Part shown: positions 51,791 through 61,200 of the stretch, one piece after another
Layout: each line of letters starts with the position of its first letter
How positions within the stretch are numbered: position 1 is the stretch's first letter
NCBI GenBank assembly: GCA_963722255.1
Contig: CAVRJO010000002.1
Location: 1-64,000 of the forward strand
DNA length: 64,000 nucleotides
Source of the DNA: Candidatus Babeliales bacterium
Lineage (GTDB): Bacteria; Babelota; Babeliae; Babelales; JANWKD01
Direction of reading: 5' to 3'
The notes under the pieces: generated by a model
Seen by the model: the letters and a program-made list of their open reading frames with translations, nothing else
The model's database searches: none
Told to the model about the DNA's origin: nothing
Translations under genes and position numbers: made by a program

Positions 51791-51861
51791 TTAGATACAA
51801 AAATATGCTTCAATAAAGCAAATAAGCTGCTAGTAAAAATAAAAAACACAGGAAGGAATAT

Positions 51862-53742
51862 ATGGGAAAAATAATAGGAATAGATTTAGGAACAACCAAC
51901 TCTGTTGTCGCATTTATGGAAGGTGGAACGCCCAAAGTGATACCAAGCAGCGAAGGGTCTAACACAATTCCTTCGGTCGTCGCATTCACCAAAGACGGCA
52001 AAAGACTTGTGGGAACACTCGCTAAACGCCAAGCAATAACAAATCCTGAAAACACAATCTATTCAGCAAAAAGATTTATAGGATTAAAATATGATGAAGT
52101 TGTTAATGAGGCAAAAAACGTTCCTTATAAAATCGTTAAAAGATCCAATGGCGACGTTGGAATAGTAGCGCAAGGAAAAGAATATACCCCCCAAGAAATA
52201 GCTGCTGCAGTATTAAGCCTTATTAAACAAACAGCAGAAGATTATCTCGGCCAAAAAGTAACTGAAGCCGTAATAACCGTCCCCGCATATTTTAACGACT
52301 CCCAGAGACAAGCAACAAAAGACGCTGGAAGAATTGCGGGACTGGATGTAAAAAGAATAATAAATGAGCCAACAGCAGCGGCACTTGCATATGGTGAAGA
52401 TAAAAAGAAAAATGGAACCATTGCCGTATTTGACTTTGGCGGTGGAACCTTTGATATCTCTATTCTTGATATTCAAGATGGCGTCATCGAAGTAAAATCA
52501 ACCAATGGAGATACCCATCTAGGCGGTGACGACATTGACCAAAGAATAATGAATTATATTATTGATGAGTTCAAAAAAGAACAAGGAATAGATATCCGTA
52601 ACGATAAAATGGCTCTTCAGCGACTAAAAGAAGCTTCTGAAAAAGCCAAAATTGAACTCTCAACAGTACCGGAAACGGAAGTCAACCTTCCTTACATTAC
52701 TGCCGATGCAACAGGACCAAAACATCTTAATATGAAAATTACGCGCGCTAAGCTCGAATCACTTTGTGCTGACTTATTTACGCGCTTACTTGAGCCTTGC
52801 AAAAAAGCAATCGCTGATGCTAAAATACCACGCGAACAAATTGACGAAGTAATTTTAGTAGGTGGATCAACCCGTATGCCTAAAGTGCAGCAATTGGTTA
52901 AAGAATTTTTTGGCAAAGAACCAAACAGATCTGTAAATCCTGATGAAGTTGTTGCTATTGGTGCAGCAATTCAAGGTGGTGTTTTGGCTGGAGAGGTAAC
53001 CGATATTTTACTTCTAGACGTTACTCCTTTATCTCTTGGAATTGAAACAATGGGCGGTGTTGCAACTAAACTTATTGAACGCAATACAACTATTCCAACT
53101 AAAAAGTCGCAGGTATTTTCAACAGCAGAAGACAATCAAACTGCAGTTGATATTCGTATTGTACAAGGCGAACGAGAATTTGCTAAAGACAATAAATTCC
53201 TGGGCCAATTCCGCTTGGAAGGATTCCCACCAGCTCCTAGAGGCGTTCCGCAAATAGAAGTTACCTTCGATATCGATGCAAATGGCATTGTTAACGTTTC
53301 TGCGCGCGATAAAGCAACAGGTAAAGAACAAAGGATAACCATTACAAGCAGCAGCGGACTCAGCAAAGAAGAGATCGAAAAAATGGTTAGCGATGCAAAA
53401 TCACACGAAACGGAAGACAAAAAAAATCGTGAAGCTATCGACAAAAAGAACCGTCTTGATGGCCTCATTTTTGATATAGAAAAGACGCTCAATGAAAACA
53501 AAGATAAAATAGCAGAAGCTGATGTTACTGCAACTGAAGAAGCTTTAACAAAAGCTCGTACAGCTCTTGCTGAACATGCTCATGATCCGGAAGCTCTTCA
53601 AAAAGCAACTGATGAACTTATTCAAGCATCACACAAAGTAGCTGAACTTTTATATCAAAAAGCTCAACAAGCTGAGCAAGCTTCTGCAGAAGAAAAACCT
53701 TCAGAAGAGCAAGGTCCAATTGATACCGAAATAAACGAGTAA
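51862..53742 (+). CDS. dnaK: Chaperone DnaK (Hsp70)
   Basis: [28 protein letters not shown]. Confidence 0.99.
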   Translation: MGKIIGIDLGTTNSVVAFMEGGTPKVIPSSEGSNTIPSVVAFTKDGKRLVGTLAKRQAITNPENTIYSAKRFIGLKYDEVVNEAKNVPYKIVKRSNGDVGIVAQGKEYTPQEIAAAVLSLIKQTAEDYLGQKVTEAVITVPAYFNDSQRQATKDAGRIAGLDVKRIINEPTAAALAYGEDKKKNGTIAVFDFGGGTFDISILDIQDGVIEVKSTNGDTHLGGDDIDQRIMNYIIDEFKKEQGIDIRNDKMALQRLKEASEKAKIELSTVPETEVNLPYITADATGPKHLNMKITRAKLESLCADLFTRLLEPCKKAIADAKIPREQIDEVILVGGSTRMPKVQQLVKEFFGKEPNRSVNPDEVVAIGAAIQGGVLAGEVTDILLLDVTPLSLGIETMGGVATKLIERNTTIPTKKSQVFSTAEDNQTAVDIRIVQGEREFAKDNKFLGQFRLEGFPPAPRGVPQIEVTFDIDANGIVNVSARDKATGKEQRITITSSSGLSKEEIEKMVSDAKSHETEDKKNREAIDKKNRLDGLIFDIEKTLNENKDKIAEADVTATEEALTKARTALAEHAHDPEALQKATDELIQASHKVAELLYQKAQQAEQASAEEKPSEEQGPIDTEINE

Positions 53743-53752
53743 CACGAATTTA

Positions 53753-53778
53753 TGCAGGGAAGAATAATCTTCCCTGCA
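53753..53778 (+). terminator. dnaK terminator hairpin
   Basis: TGCAGGGAAGA-ataa-TCTTCCCTGCA just after the stop. Confidence 0.75.
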
Positions 53779-53857
53779 ATCCAGCCCTTCTTTTTGACAA
53801 ATTTTCAATAATTGCTACTATAAATCCATATAATTTGCATTAAATAGAGGTTATACA

Positions 53858-53971
53858 ATGAAAATAAGCCACCTTGCAGTAACTATGGGTATATTCGCTG
53901 CCATCTTATTTATTACAAATGTTTATAGCAGCATAAATTTCGCACAAATGCTCCTGAAGGCCTTACAGTAA
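53858..53971 (+). CDS. 37-aa hydrophobic small ORF or truncated secreted gene
   Basis: AGAGG RBS, MKISHLAVTMGIFAAILFITNVYSS...; TTGACA upstream. Confidence 0.4.
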   Translation: MKISHLAVTMGIFAAILFITNVYSSINFAQMLLKALQ

Positions 53972-54132
53972 GGTATAGAGATAATTTATCACGAAATATC
54001 AGATCTAATCGCCCTTTTAGATTAAATTAGGTAAAAATGGTATCAATAGCCTAATTTTATTGACAAATATAAAAAAATAGTTAAAATTATAGTATAAAGT
54101 TAGATTAAAAACTATATAAAAAATACTCTTAA

Positions 54133-54972
54133 ATGGAGACAAAAAGTATGTTCATGAAGCACAAAAAGATAATCATTTCGTTCATAATTACCCTTGGATG
54201 CCTAGCGCTCCTTATCAATGCACTAGATAAGAAAAATGCGATAAACCCGGGGATTATTGAACATTTCAACCTTACAAGTCAAACACTTAACAACTTAGCC
54301 ACCAAGAATGACTTGCTTTTGTGGCTTGATAATGAAGAAGAAGCAATCTGGAATGAATTATATAAAACTTTAAATGTGTCTTTTGAGCAGTTCGAATCAT
54401 TAAAAAAAGAAAATTTGGCAGCGTACAATGACTCAAATGTATCGATGATTAAAGATTATGGGTCTGGACAAAATGTTTCGCAACTTACCATAAATTTCAT
54501 TCATGATATCATACAAGAACTTGGCCTCAATCCTAATGAAATAATGATTGTTGCCTGGAATCTCAACTCTGCCGCTGCTGCAACCGATACCCTACTCTTT
54601 GTTAATGAAGAGATCCTTAATAAACTAAGCCTACATGCAAAAAAATATGCTATTGGTCACGAGCTCATTCATTTAATTAAAAAAGACCATTCAACCAAAT
54701 TTTTCATTGGAAAAATAAATTATAGCATCACGAGTGATACTATAAATATGGATAATCCATGTAACAAATTATCAAGATTTCAAGAATTCAGAGCAGATAT
54801 ACTAAGCTGTTTTAAGGGCCTAGAATATGCTCAGGGATCATGCGAATTCTTCAAAGAATATATTACTCTTTATGGCAATACACAAAATCCCTCACATCCA
54901 TTGAGCTCTTTACGACTTGAATTGGGAACAAAAATTGCCGGAATATTAGCAAATATATCCAAACAAGCATAA
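54133..54972 (+). CDS. M48-like zinc metallopeptidase, secreted
   Basis: GHELIH (HExxH), QEFRAD, SHP..SLR. Confidence 0.75.
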   Translation: METKSMFMKHKKIIISFIITLGCLALLINALDKKNAINPGIIEHFNLTSQTLNNLATKNDLLLWLDNEEEAIWNELYKTLNVSFEQFESLKKENLAAYNDSNVSMIKDYGSGQNVSQLTINFIHDIIQELGLNPNEIMIVAWNLNSAAAATDTLLFVNEEILNKLSLHAKKYAIGHELIHLIKKDHSTKFFIGKINYSITSDTINMDNPCNKLSRFQEFRADILSCFKGLEYAQGSCEFFKEYITLYGNTQNPSHPLSSLRLELGTKIAGILANISKQA

Positions 54973-55009
54973 TACCAAAAAAACATAATAAGATTCGTAC
55001 ATTCAGAGA

Positions 55010-55036
55010 GCCTGCTATTTTCCAAAAATGGCAGGC
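55010..55036. terminator. Terminator between convergent genes
   Basis: GCCTGCTATTTT...AAATGGCAGGC hairpin. Confidence 0.65.
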
Positions 55037-55047
55037 ATTTCTATTTT

Positions 55048-55944
55048 TTAGACACTATAGCCTTGCTTCAACTCTTCTTGATAAAATATATAAAGACCAA
55101 TGAAAACTACAAATAATGAAGCAAAAAATGTCCATTCAACTGCTTCTCCCAAAAAAAACCACCCAAATAATGCAGCAAATAAAGGCGTTGTAAATCCAGC
55201 AAAAGAAAGAAATGTTGCCGTATAACGCGTCAATAAATAGCCGTAAAAATTATAAAAAAGTAGATTTCCTACAATAATAATCAAGGTCGTCAATTGAATA
55301 AACGGCCAAAATGCAAATACAGGGCTTACTGTCCATCCTTCAACAAATAGTGAGGTTATCAAAGCAAGAATCCCGCCGCCAACCATCCCTACCCCATTCA
55401 CCATCATCGGCGAATAATCGCCATCTTTTACCAGCTTTCTGAGGGTAATCCAACCATAGACACCTGATACAACCGCCCCAAGCAAAACAATCTCAGGGAA
55501 TGAAAGCCAATAACTTCCTTCTATAGAAGATCCCTTAAGAAGCATTTCTGGTAAAAATCCCGAAAACCCAATAAGTAACCCCAACCATTTTTTTATGGTC
55601 ATTTTCTCTGAAAAGTAAAAATAAGAGAATAATGCCGCTAAAAATGGTGACACATTATATAAAAACGATGATTTTGATGATGTAATATATTGCAAAGACC
55701 AAAGATCTAAAATATAGGCAAAATAGACATGAAAAACTATTATTTGTGCAAATAACCATCGATCTTTTTTTTGGATGGTAAAAACAGAACGATTCTTCCA
55801 ATAGCTATACGCTAACAAAATTCCACCAGCCACTAACATCCGTATTCCAATAAAAAAGAATGGCTTTACGTACTCTAAAAGAGCCTTACAAATGGTAAAG
55901 GTGCTTGCGCATAAGGCATATAAAAATACAATTAAAATCATCAA
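55048..55944 (-). CDS. DMT/EamA family transporter
   Basis: Ten TM; paralog of 31245-32177 (ASTFTI, SSKS..LYN, TPLFAAL). Confidence 0.92.
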   Translation of the reverse strand: MMILIVFLYALCASTFTICKALLEYVKPFFFIGIRMLVAGGILLAYSYWKNRSVFTIQKKDRWLFAQIIVFHVYFAYILDLWSLQYITSSKSSFLYNVSPFLAALFSYFYFSEKMTIKKWLGLLIGFSGFLPEMLLKGSSIEGSYWLSFPEIVLLGAVVSGVYGWITLRKLVKDGDYSPMMVNGVGMVGGGILALITSLFVEGWTVSPVFAFWPFIQLTTLIIIVGNLLFYNFYGYLLTRYTATFLSFAGFTTPLFAALFGWFFLGEAVEWTFFASLFVVFIGLYIFYQEELKQGYSV

Positions 55945-56103
55945 GTTTCCTACTACTAATGATACTTTACAAAAAATTCTAGCATGAAATTAATGACATT
56001 AAGTTTATTATTACCATATATTTCACGCTACCTATCAGTATACTATAAAAACAACAAAAAAGCAGAACACAACAATCTTTATCATAATGCCCAGTTTCTT
56101 TAT

Positions 56104-56445
56104 TTAATCGCCTTTTGATTTAAGCCGTGCTGGCTCAAACATAAGCACTAATGCTCTTTCTTTCGCCCTGGGCTTATGTTGCATACCCTTTGGTACAACA
56201 GCCCCTTGATTTTCATGCAAATCAATAGACCCTTTTTCAGTATCAATAGTAATAGTGCCGCGAGCTATGAGAAAGAATTCATCATCCTCATCATGAGTAT
56301 GCCAATGAAAATCTCCCTTAAATGCTGCAGCACGAACAACCCAATCATTTACTCGAGAAACCTCAATAGGGCTCCAATAGTTTTCACCAATTTTTTTATC
56401 AAGCTCATTAAGATCATAAAATTGTAATAACTTTTTAATATCCAT
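56104..56445 (-). CDS. Cupin domain protein
   Basis: GDFHWHTHDEDDEFF...VVPKGMQHKP. Confidence 0.9.
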   Translation of the reverse strand: MDIKKLLQFYDLNELDKKIGENYWSPIEVSRVNDWVVRAAAFKGDFHWHTHDEDDEFFLIARGTITIDTEKGSIDLHENQGAVVPKGMQHKPRAKERALVLMFEPARLKSKGD

Positions 56446-56467
56446 AAAAATCCTTCCATACCAATAA

Positions 56468-57232
56468 TTAGCTAATATATATTAATTTTCCAACCGACAC
56501 ATGCAAATAATCCCGAGCAGATCCTTGATTTACAGCAATCTCAAGAGTATCATTGCTCCCTTTATAGCAAAGTAGTTTCCCTAATTTAACTTCATCAAAA
56601 GTCGTTACAAAAGGAATTTCAAACTCTTTTTCATCAATTTTTAGGTTTATGCTAGATTTTTCCAACAACTTTTTATCACAGCTAATATTTGTTTTAATAT
56701 TGCCAAAGCTATCTATATACGTAATAATTTTCTGATTTTCAATCGGATCACAATATTTTACATCGTTTGGATTAAGTAGTAAAAGCGCATGAGTAAACCC
56801 TTTTGATAATTGGATTGCCATTGGAGTAAAAATATCTCGACCGTGAAAGGTATTTGATGCCTGTGGAAAACATGATTCATTTATCTTAAATACTTCTGCA
56901 TTTTCATTTTTCAAAATATAATGAAACAGACCGTTATTAGGGCCAACAAATGTATATGAACCTAATTTCACAACCATTCCCTCACGCTGAGTACCAACGC
57001 CCGGATCAACAATAGCGATAAAATAACTATTTTCTGGAAAATACCTATAGACCTTTTCAAGGACAAACGCTCCTTGTACAATACTAAATTTTTCCAATGA
57101 ATGATCAATATCAATAAGAGAGCAGTTGGGAATCTCCCTCAATAATGCAGCTTTCATTGAAGCAACAGAAAAATCAAAGCCAAAGTCAGTTAATAACCCA
57201 AAAGTTATTGTTTTATTTTTTAATAAATTCAT
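56468..57232 (-). CDS. SAM hydroxide adenosyltransferase (DUF62, fluorinase/chlorinase superfamily)
   Basis: LLTDFG, IVDPGVGT, GPNNG, SNTFHGRDIF, IDSFGN, LEIAVNQGSA; start reset to MNLLK. Confidence 0.92.
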   Translation of the reverse strand: MNLLKNKTITFGLLTDFGFDFSVASMKAALLREIPNCSLIDIDHSLEKFSIVQGAFVLEKVYRYFPENSYFIAIVDPGVGTQREGMVVKLGSYTFVGPNNGLFHYILKNENAEVFKINESCFPQASNTFHGRDIFTPMAIQLSKGFTHALLLLNPNDVKYCDPIENQKIITYIDSFGNIKTNISCDKKLLEKSSINLKIDEKEFEIPFVTTFDEVKLGKLLCYKGSNDTLEIAVNQGSARDYLHVSVGKLIYIS

Positions 57233-57696
57233 AATCAATCTCTCTTGCAAAAAAGCTAAGAAAATTACTAGTAAGATACGCATACCACAAAAATATGCAT
57301 ATAAACGGAAATAAGGATCAAAAAAAATATTGTATGGCCTTAGGCCATCATGGAAAAGCAAGAGATAGGCATGCACATGAACATCACAAAAAAGAAGAAT
57401 TTTGCGAAGGAATAACGGTAAATAACGCTATTATTCATGGTAGCCTCATAAAGTTTGGCTTGTTAATAAATACGAATTCTAATCTAATCCTAAAAAAACA
57501 ATGCTTTTTTGTCAAATTATTGTGCCCTCAAGCATTATTCCAAAATGGAATAGCTAAGATTAAGTAATTTACTAATAGAAAACTTATATAATTTCAGCAT
57601 GTAACAAACAATTGACCTTTCTCTAGAAAATTATGTATACTTAAGGGTAAATAAAGGTAAAATTAAAGATAAAATAGAATAGTATAAGGATTTTCC

Positions 57697-58179
57697 ATGA
57701 AAATTACGTCTCTAAAAATTCTTATAATCTCATTATTACTTACATCTGCTGTAACAATTAAAAGCGTTACTCCACAGGAATTGTCAAAAGAGCAGACCGC
57801 TGGAATTGCATACATTGTTAAACTATATGGCCCCTTAAAACAAAAGCTCGCACTTATCGATAAACAAATTACTAACATCGAAGAAAAAGTTACAAATGCA
57901 GTAAATCTCTTTGCTACACATCCTCAAGAATCAAAAGAGACAATAAAAAAATCATTACAGAAGAAACTTAATAAAATTTCGACCATTCGTGAAAAACTCT
58001 TGTCATTACGCCAAGCTATTCAACATTGCCCTTTGACCTTAAAAACAGAACGTATACAACAAGCAATAGACAAAGCTGGCATGACATATCTTGGAAATCT
58101 TAGACCTTCAGGATTGGAAAAAAGAGTTAATGAACTTCAGGCTACAATAGAAAACCTTTTAGAAATTTTAAGATCTTAA
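57697..58179 (+). CDS. Secreted coiled-coil hypothetical protein
   Basis: AAGGA RBS, signal peptide, helical heptads. Confidence 0.65.
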   Translation: MKITSLKILIISLLLTSAVTIKSVTPQELSKEQTAGIAYIVKLYGPLKQKLALIDKQITNIEEKVTNAVNLFATHPQESKETIKKSLQKKLNKISTIREKLLSLRQAIQHCPLTLKTERIQQAIDKAGMTYLGNLRPSGLEKRVNELQATIENLLEILRS

Positions 58180-58200
58180 TCCAAAAAAATTAAAATAGTG

Positions 58201-58226
58201 AGGGCCATGGTTTTAATCATGGCCCT
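58201..58226. terminator. Terminator between convergent genes
   Basis: AGGGCCATGG-tttta-ATCATGGCCCT hairpin. Confidence 0.7.
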
Positions 58227-58233
58227 TATTTAT

Positions 58234-61200
58234 TTAAAATGACATATAATGAATAGCCAAATGCGTATCATTCGCTATAACCGTGTCATTTCCAGTTGTT
58301 GAAATATGAATTTGAATCCTATCTCCCGCGACAAATGGAAGCAAAACACAAGTTGTTATTGGAAATTGCCCTGTATTTTGTGTTTGAGAAACAGATGCAC
58401 CAGTAATGTCAGTTCCATTTTTATTAATATTAACTCTTTCAACTGAACCGACGCATGTTGCAGTTACTCCTACATTAACCATATAAACTCCTGAAACCGG
58501 CACAGTATATGTTCCTGTTGCGGCATTATAATTTGAGTTTGGATCCAATAAAACCGTATTGAAAAGAATTGTCGCAGTAGTATTGTTAACTCCCTGACCT
58601 GAATTAAGATAAGCATACATTTTATAATTCGATTTATAGGTAACACTTCCTGTCGGATCAATTATCAACCGTGCATTACCCGATGTAATTAAAGAAAGCA
58701 TATTGGTTGCAGAAGAAGTTATACCTAAATCAGTGCTGCCAGAAAATTGTAATGCAGGTGCTGCAATGGTACCCGCAGGTAATATTAATGAACCCGTCAT
58801 CGTATCTCCAGTTTTAAGCACGTCTAATGATGCATGGCCTATTAATGATGCCGTAATGGTACCAGCTGAGAAATTTCCTGATGCATCACGTCTTACAATA
58901 GTGCTAGCGGTGTTAGAACTCGTTGCGGCATTAGCCAAAACGGTTGCTGCAGCAACATTAGCAGCCGTTTGACCACCAACTGAACTTACCACCGTTGCTC
59001 CTTGTGTGCCGGTAACATCTCCGACCAATGATCCGGTGAAATTCGTTGCCGATCCGGCTGTTGTTGCACTTGTTGCATTACCAGTAAGGTTACCGGTAAC
59101 ATTTCCTGTTAAATTTGCCGTAATAGTTCCCGCTGAAAAATTACCAGAGGCATCACGCTTTACAATCGTATTTGCCGTATTGGTATTGGTAGCTGCATTG
59201 GCAGCTGTAGTTGCAGATGCTACATTTGCCGCTGATTGACCACCAACAGTACTTACTACCGTTGCACCTTGTGTGCCGGTAACATCTCCTGCTAACGAGC
59301 CGGTAAAATTTGTCGCAGTCGTTGCACTTGTCGCCGTTGTCGCATTTCCCGATAAGTTTGCTGTAATGGTCGTTGCTGAAAAATTACCCGAAGCGTCTCG
59401 TTTTACAATCGTATTTGCCGTATCCGCACTTGTCGCGGCATTTGCTGCAACAGCTCCGGAAGCAACATTGGCTGCCGATTGACCACCAACGGTACTAACC
59501 ACCGTTGCTCCTTGTGTGCCGGTAACATCTCCTGCTAATGATCCCGTAAAATTAGTTGCAGATCCGGCCGTTGTTGCACTTGTTGCAGTAGTCGCATTTC
59601 CTGATAAGTTTGCTGTAATGGTCGTCGCAGAAAAATTCCCTGAAGCATCGCGCTTCACAATGGTGCTTGCTGTATCTGCAGAGGTCGCTGCATTAGCTGC
59701 AGTTGTAGCTGAAGCAACGCTTGCAGCAGTTTGGCCCCCAACGGTACTTACCACGGTAGCACCTTGCGTGCCGGTAACATCTCCTGCTAATGAGCCCGTA
59801 AAATTGGTTGCCGATCCAGCTGTTGTAGCCGTTGTCGCATTACCACTCAGATTTCCCGTTACATTACCTGTTAAAGATGCGGTAATAGTTCCTGCTGAAA
59901 AATTACCGGAGGCATCACGCTTTACAATCGTATTTGCCGTATTGGTATTGGTAGCTGCATTGGCAGCTGTAGTTGCAGATGCTACATTTGCCGCTGATTG
60001 ACCACCAACGGTACTTACTACCGTTGCACCTTGTGTGCCAGTAACATCTCCTGCTAATGAGCCGGTAAAATTTGTCGCAGTCGTTGCACTTGTTGCCGTT
60101 GTCGCATTTCCCGATAAGTTTGCTGTAATGGTCGTTGCTGAAAAATTACCCGAAGCATCTCGTTTTACTATCGTATTATTAGTATCTGCACTTGTGGCTG
60201 CATTTGCAGCTGTAGTTGCAGCAGCTACGTTTGCAGCTGTTTGACCGCCAACAGTACTAACCACAGTGGCACCTTGTGTGCCGGTAACATCTCCTGCTAA
60301 CGAGCCGGTAAAATTGGTTGCCGATCCGGCCGTCGTTGCCGTCGTTGCCGTGGTAGCATTACCTGATAAATTTGCTGTAATGGTTCCGGCTGAAAAATTA
60401 CCTGATGCATCACGTTTTACAATCGTACTTGGAGTATCACTACTTGTCGCAGCATTCGCGGCTATTGTTGCTGAGGCAACACTTGCTGCAGTTTGTCCAC
60501 CGACCATACTAACGACTGTTGCTCCTTGTGTTCCGGTAACATCACCGGCTAATGAACCCGTAAAATTGGTTGCCGATCCGGCCGTCGTTGCCGTTGTCGC
60601 ATTACCACTCAAATTTCCCGTTACATTACCTGTTAAAGATGCGGTAATTGTTCCTGCTGAAAAATTACCTGAGACATCTCTTTTTACAATCGTACTTGCC
60701 GTATTTGTATTGGTAGCAGCATTTGCTGCAACGGCACCTGAAGCAACATTGGCTGCCGTTTGACCGCCAACGGTACTAACAACCGTAGCGCCTTGTGTTC
60801 CAGTAACATCACCAACTAATGGACCAGTAAAGCTTGTTGCTGTTGCTGCATTCCCTGACAAACTTGCTGTTATGGTGCCTGCTGAAAAATTACCTAACCC
60901 ATCACGTGAAACAATCGTATTTGGTGTATTAGCACTAGTTGCATCGGTTGCAATATTTACATCATTTGCATTATTAGTAACAACTATATGCGAACCATTA
61001 GAAATAGTTTTAAAGTTTAAGGTAACACCCGTTTTATCTCTGAATATTTGACCAGTCCCAGCACCCACATTAGCACCAGTTGTTTGACTTGGTAATGAAA
61101 ATTCAGCAAATTGTAAAGGATTAGTATCAATAATTGCTGCTGATGTGGTACATACCCAACTTGAACCGGCATTTACAGTACCTGAAAGTGTTAGAATGTA

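Noticed and set aside
51810..53501. Antisense ORFs over dnaK
   Set aside because: Well-known shadow frames of Hsp70 genes
57233..57450. N-terminal extension or riboswitch upstream of the SAM hydrolase
   Set aside because: Extension has no family similarity, and no SAM riboswitch consensus was recognisable
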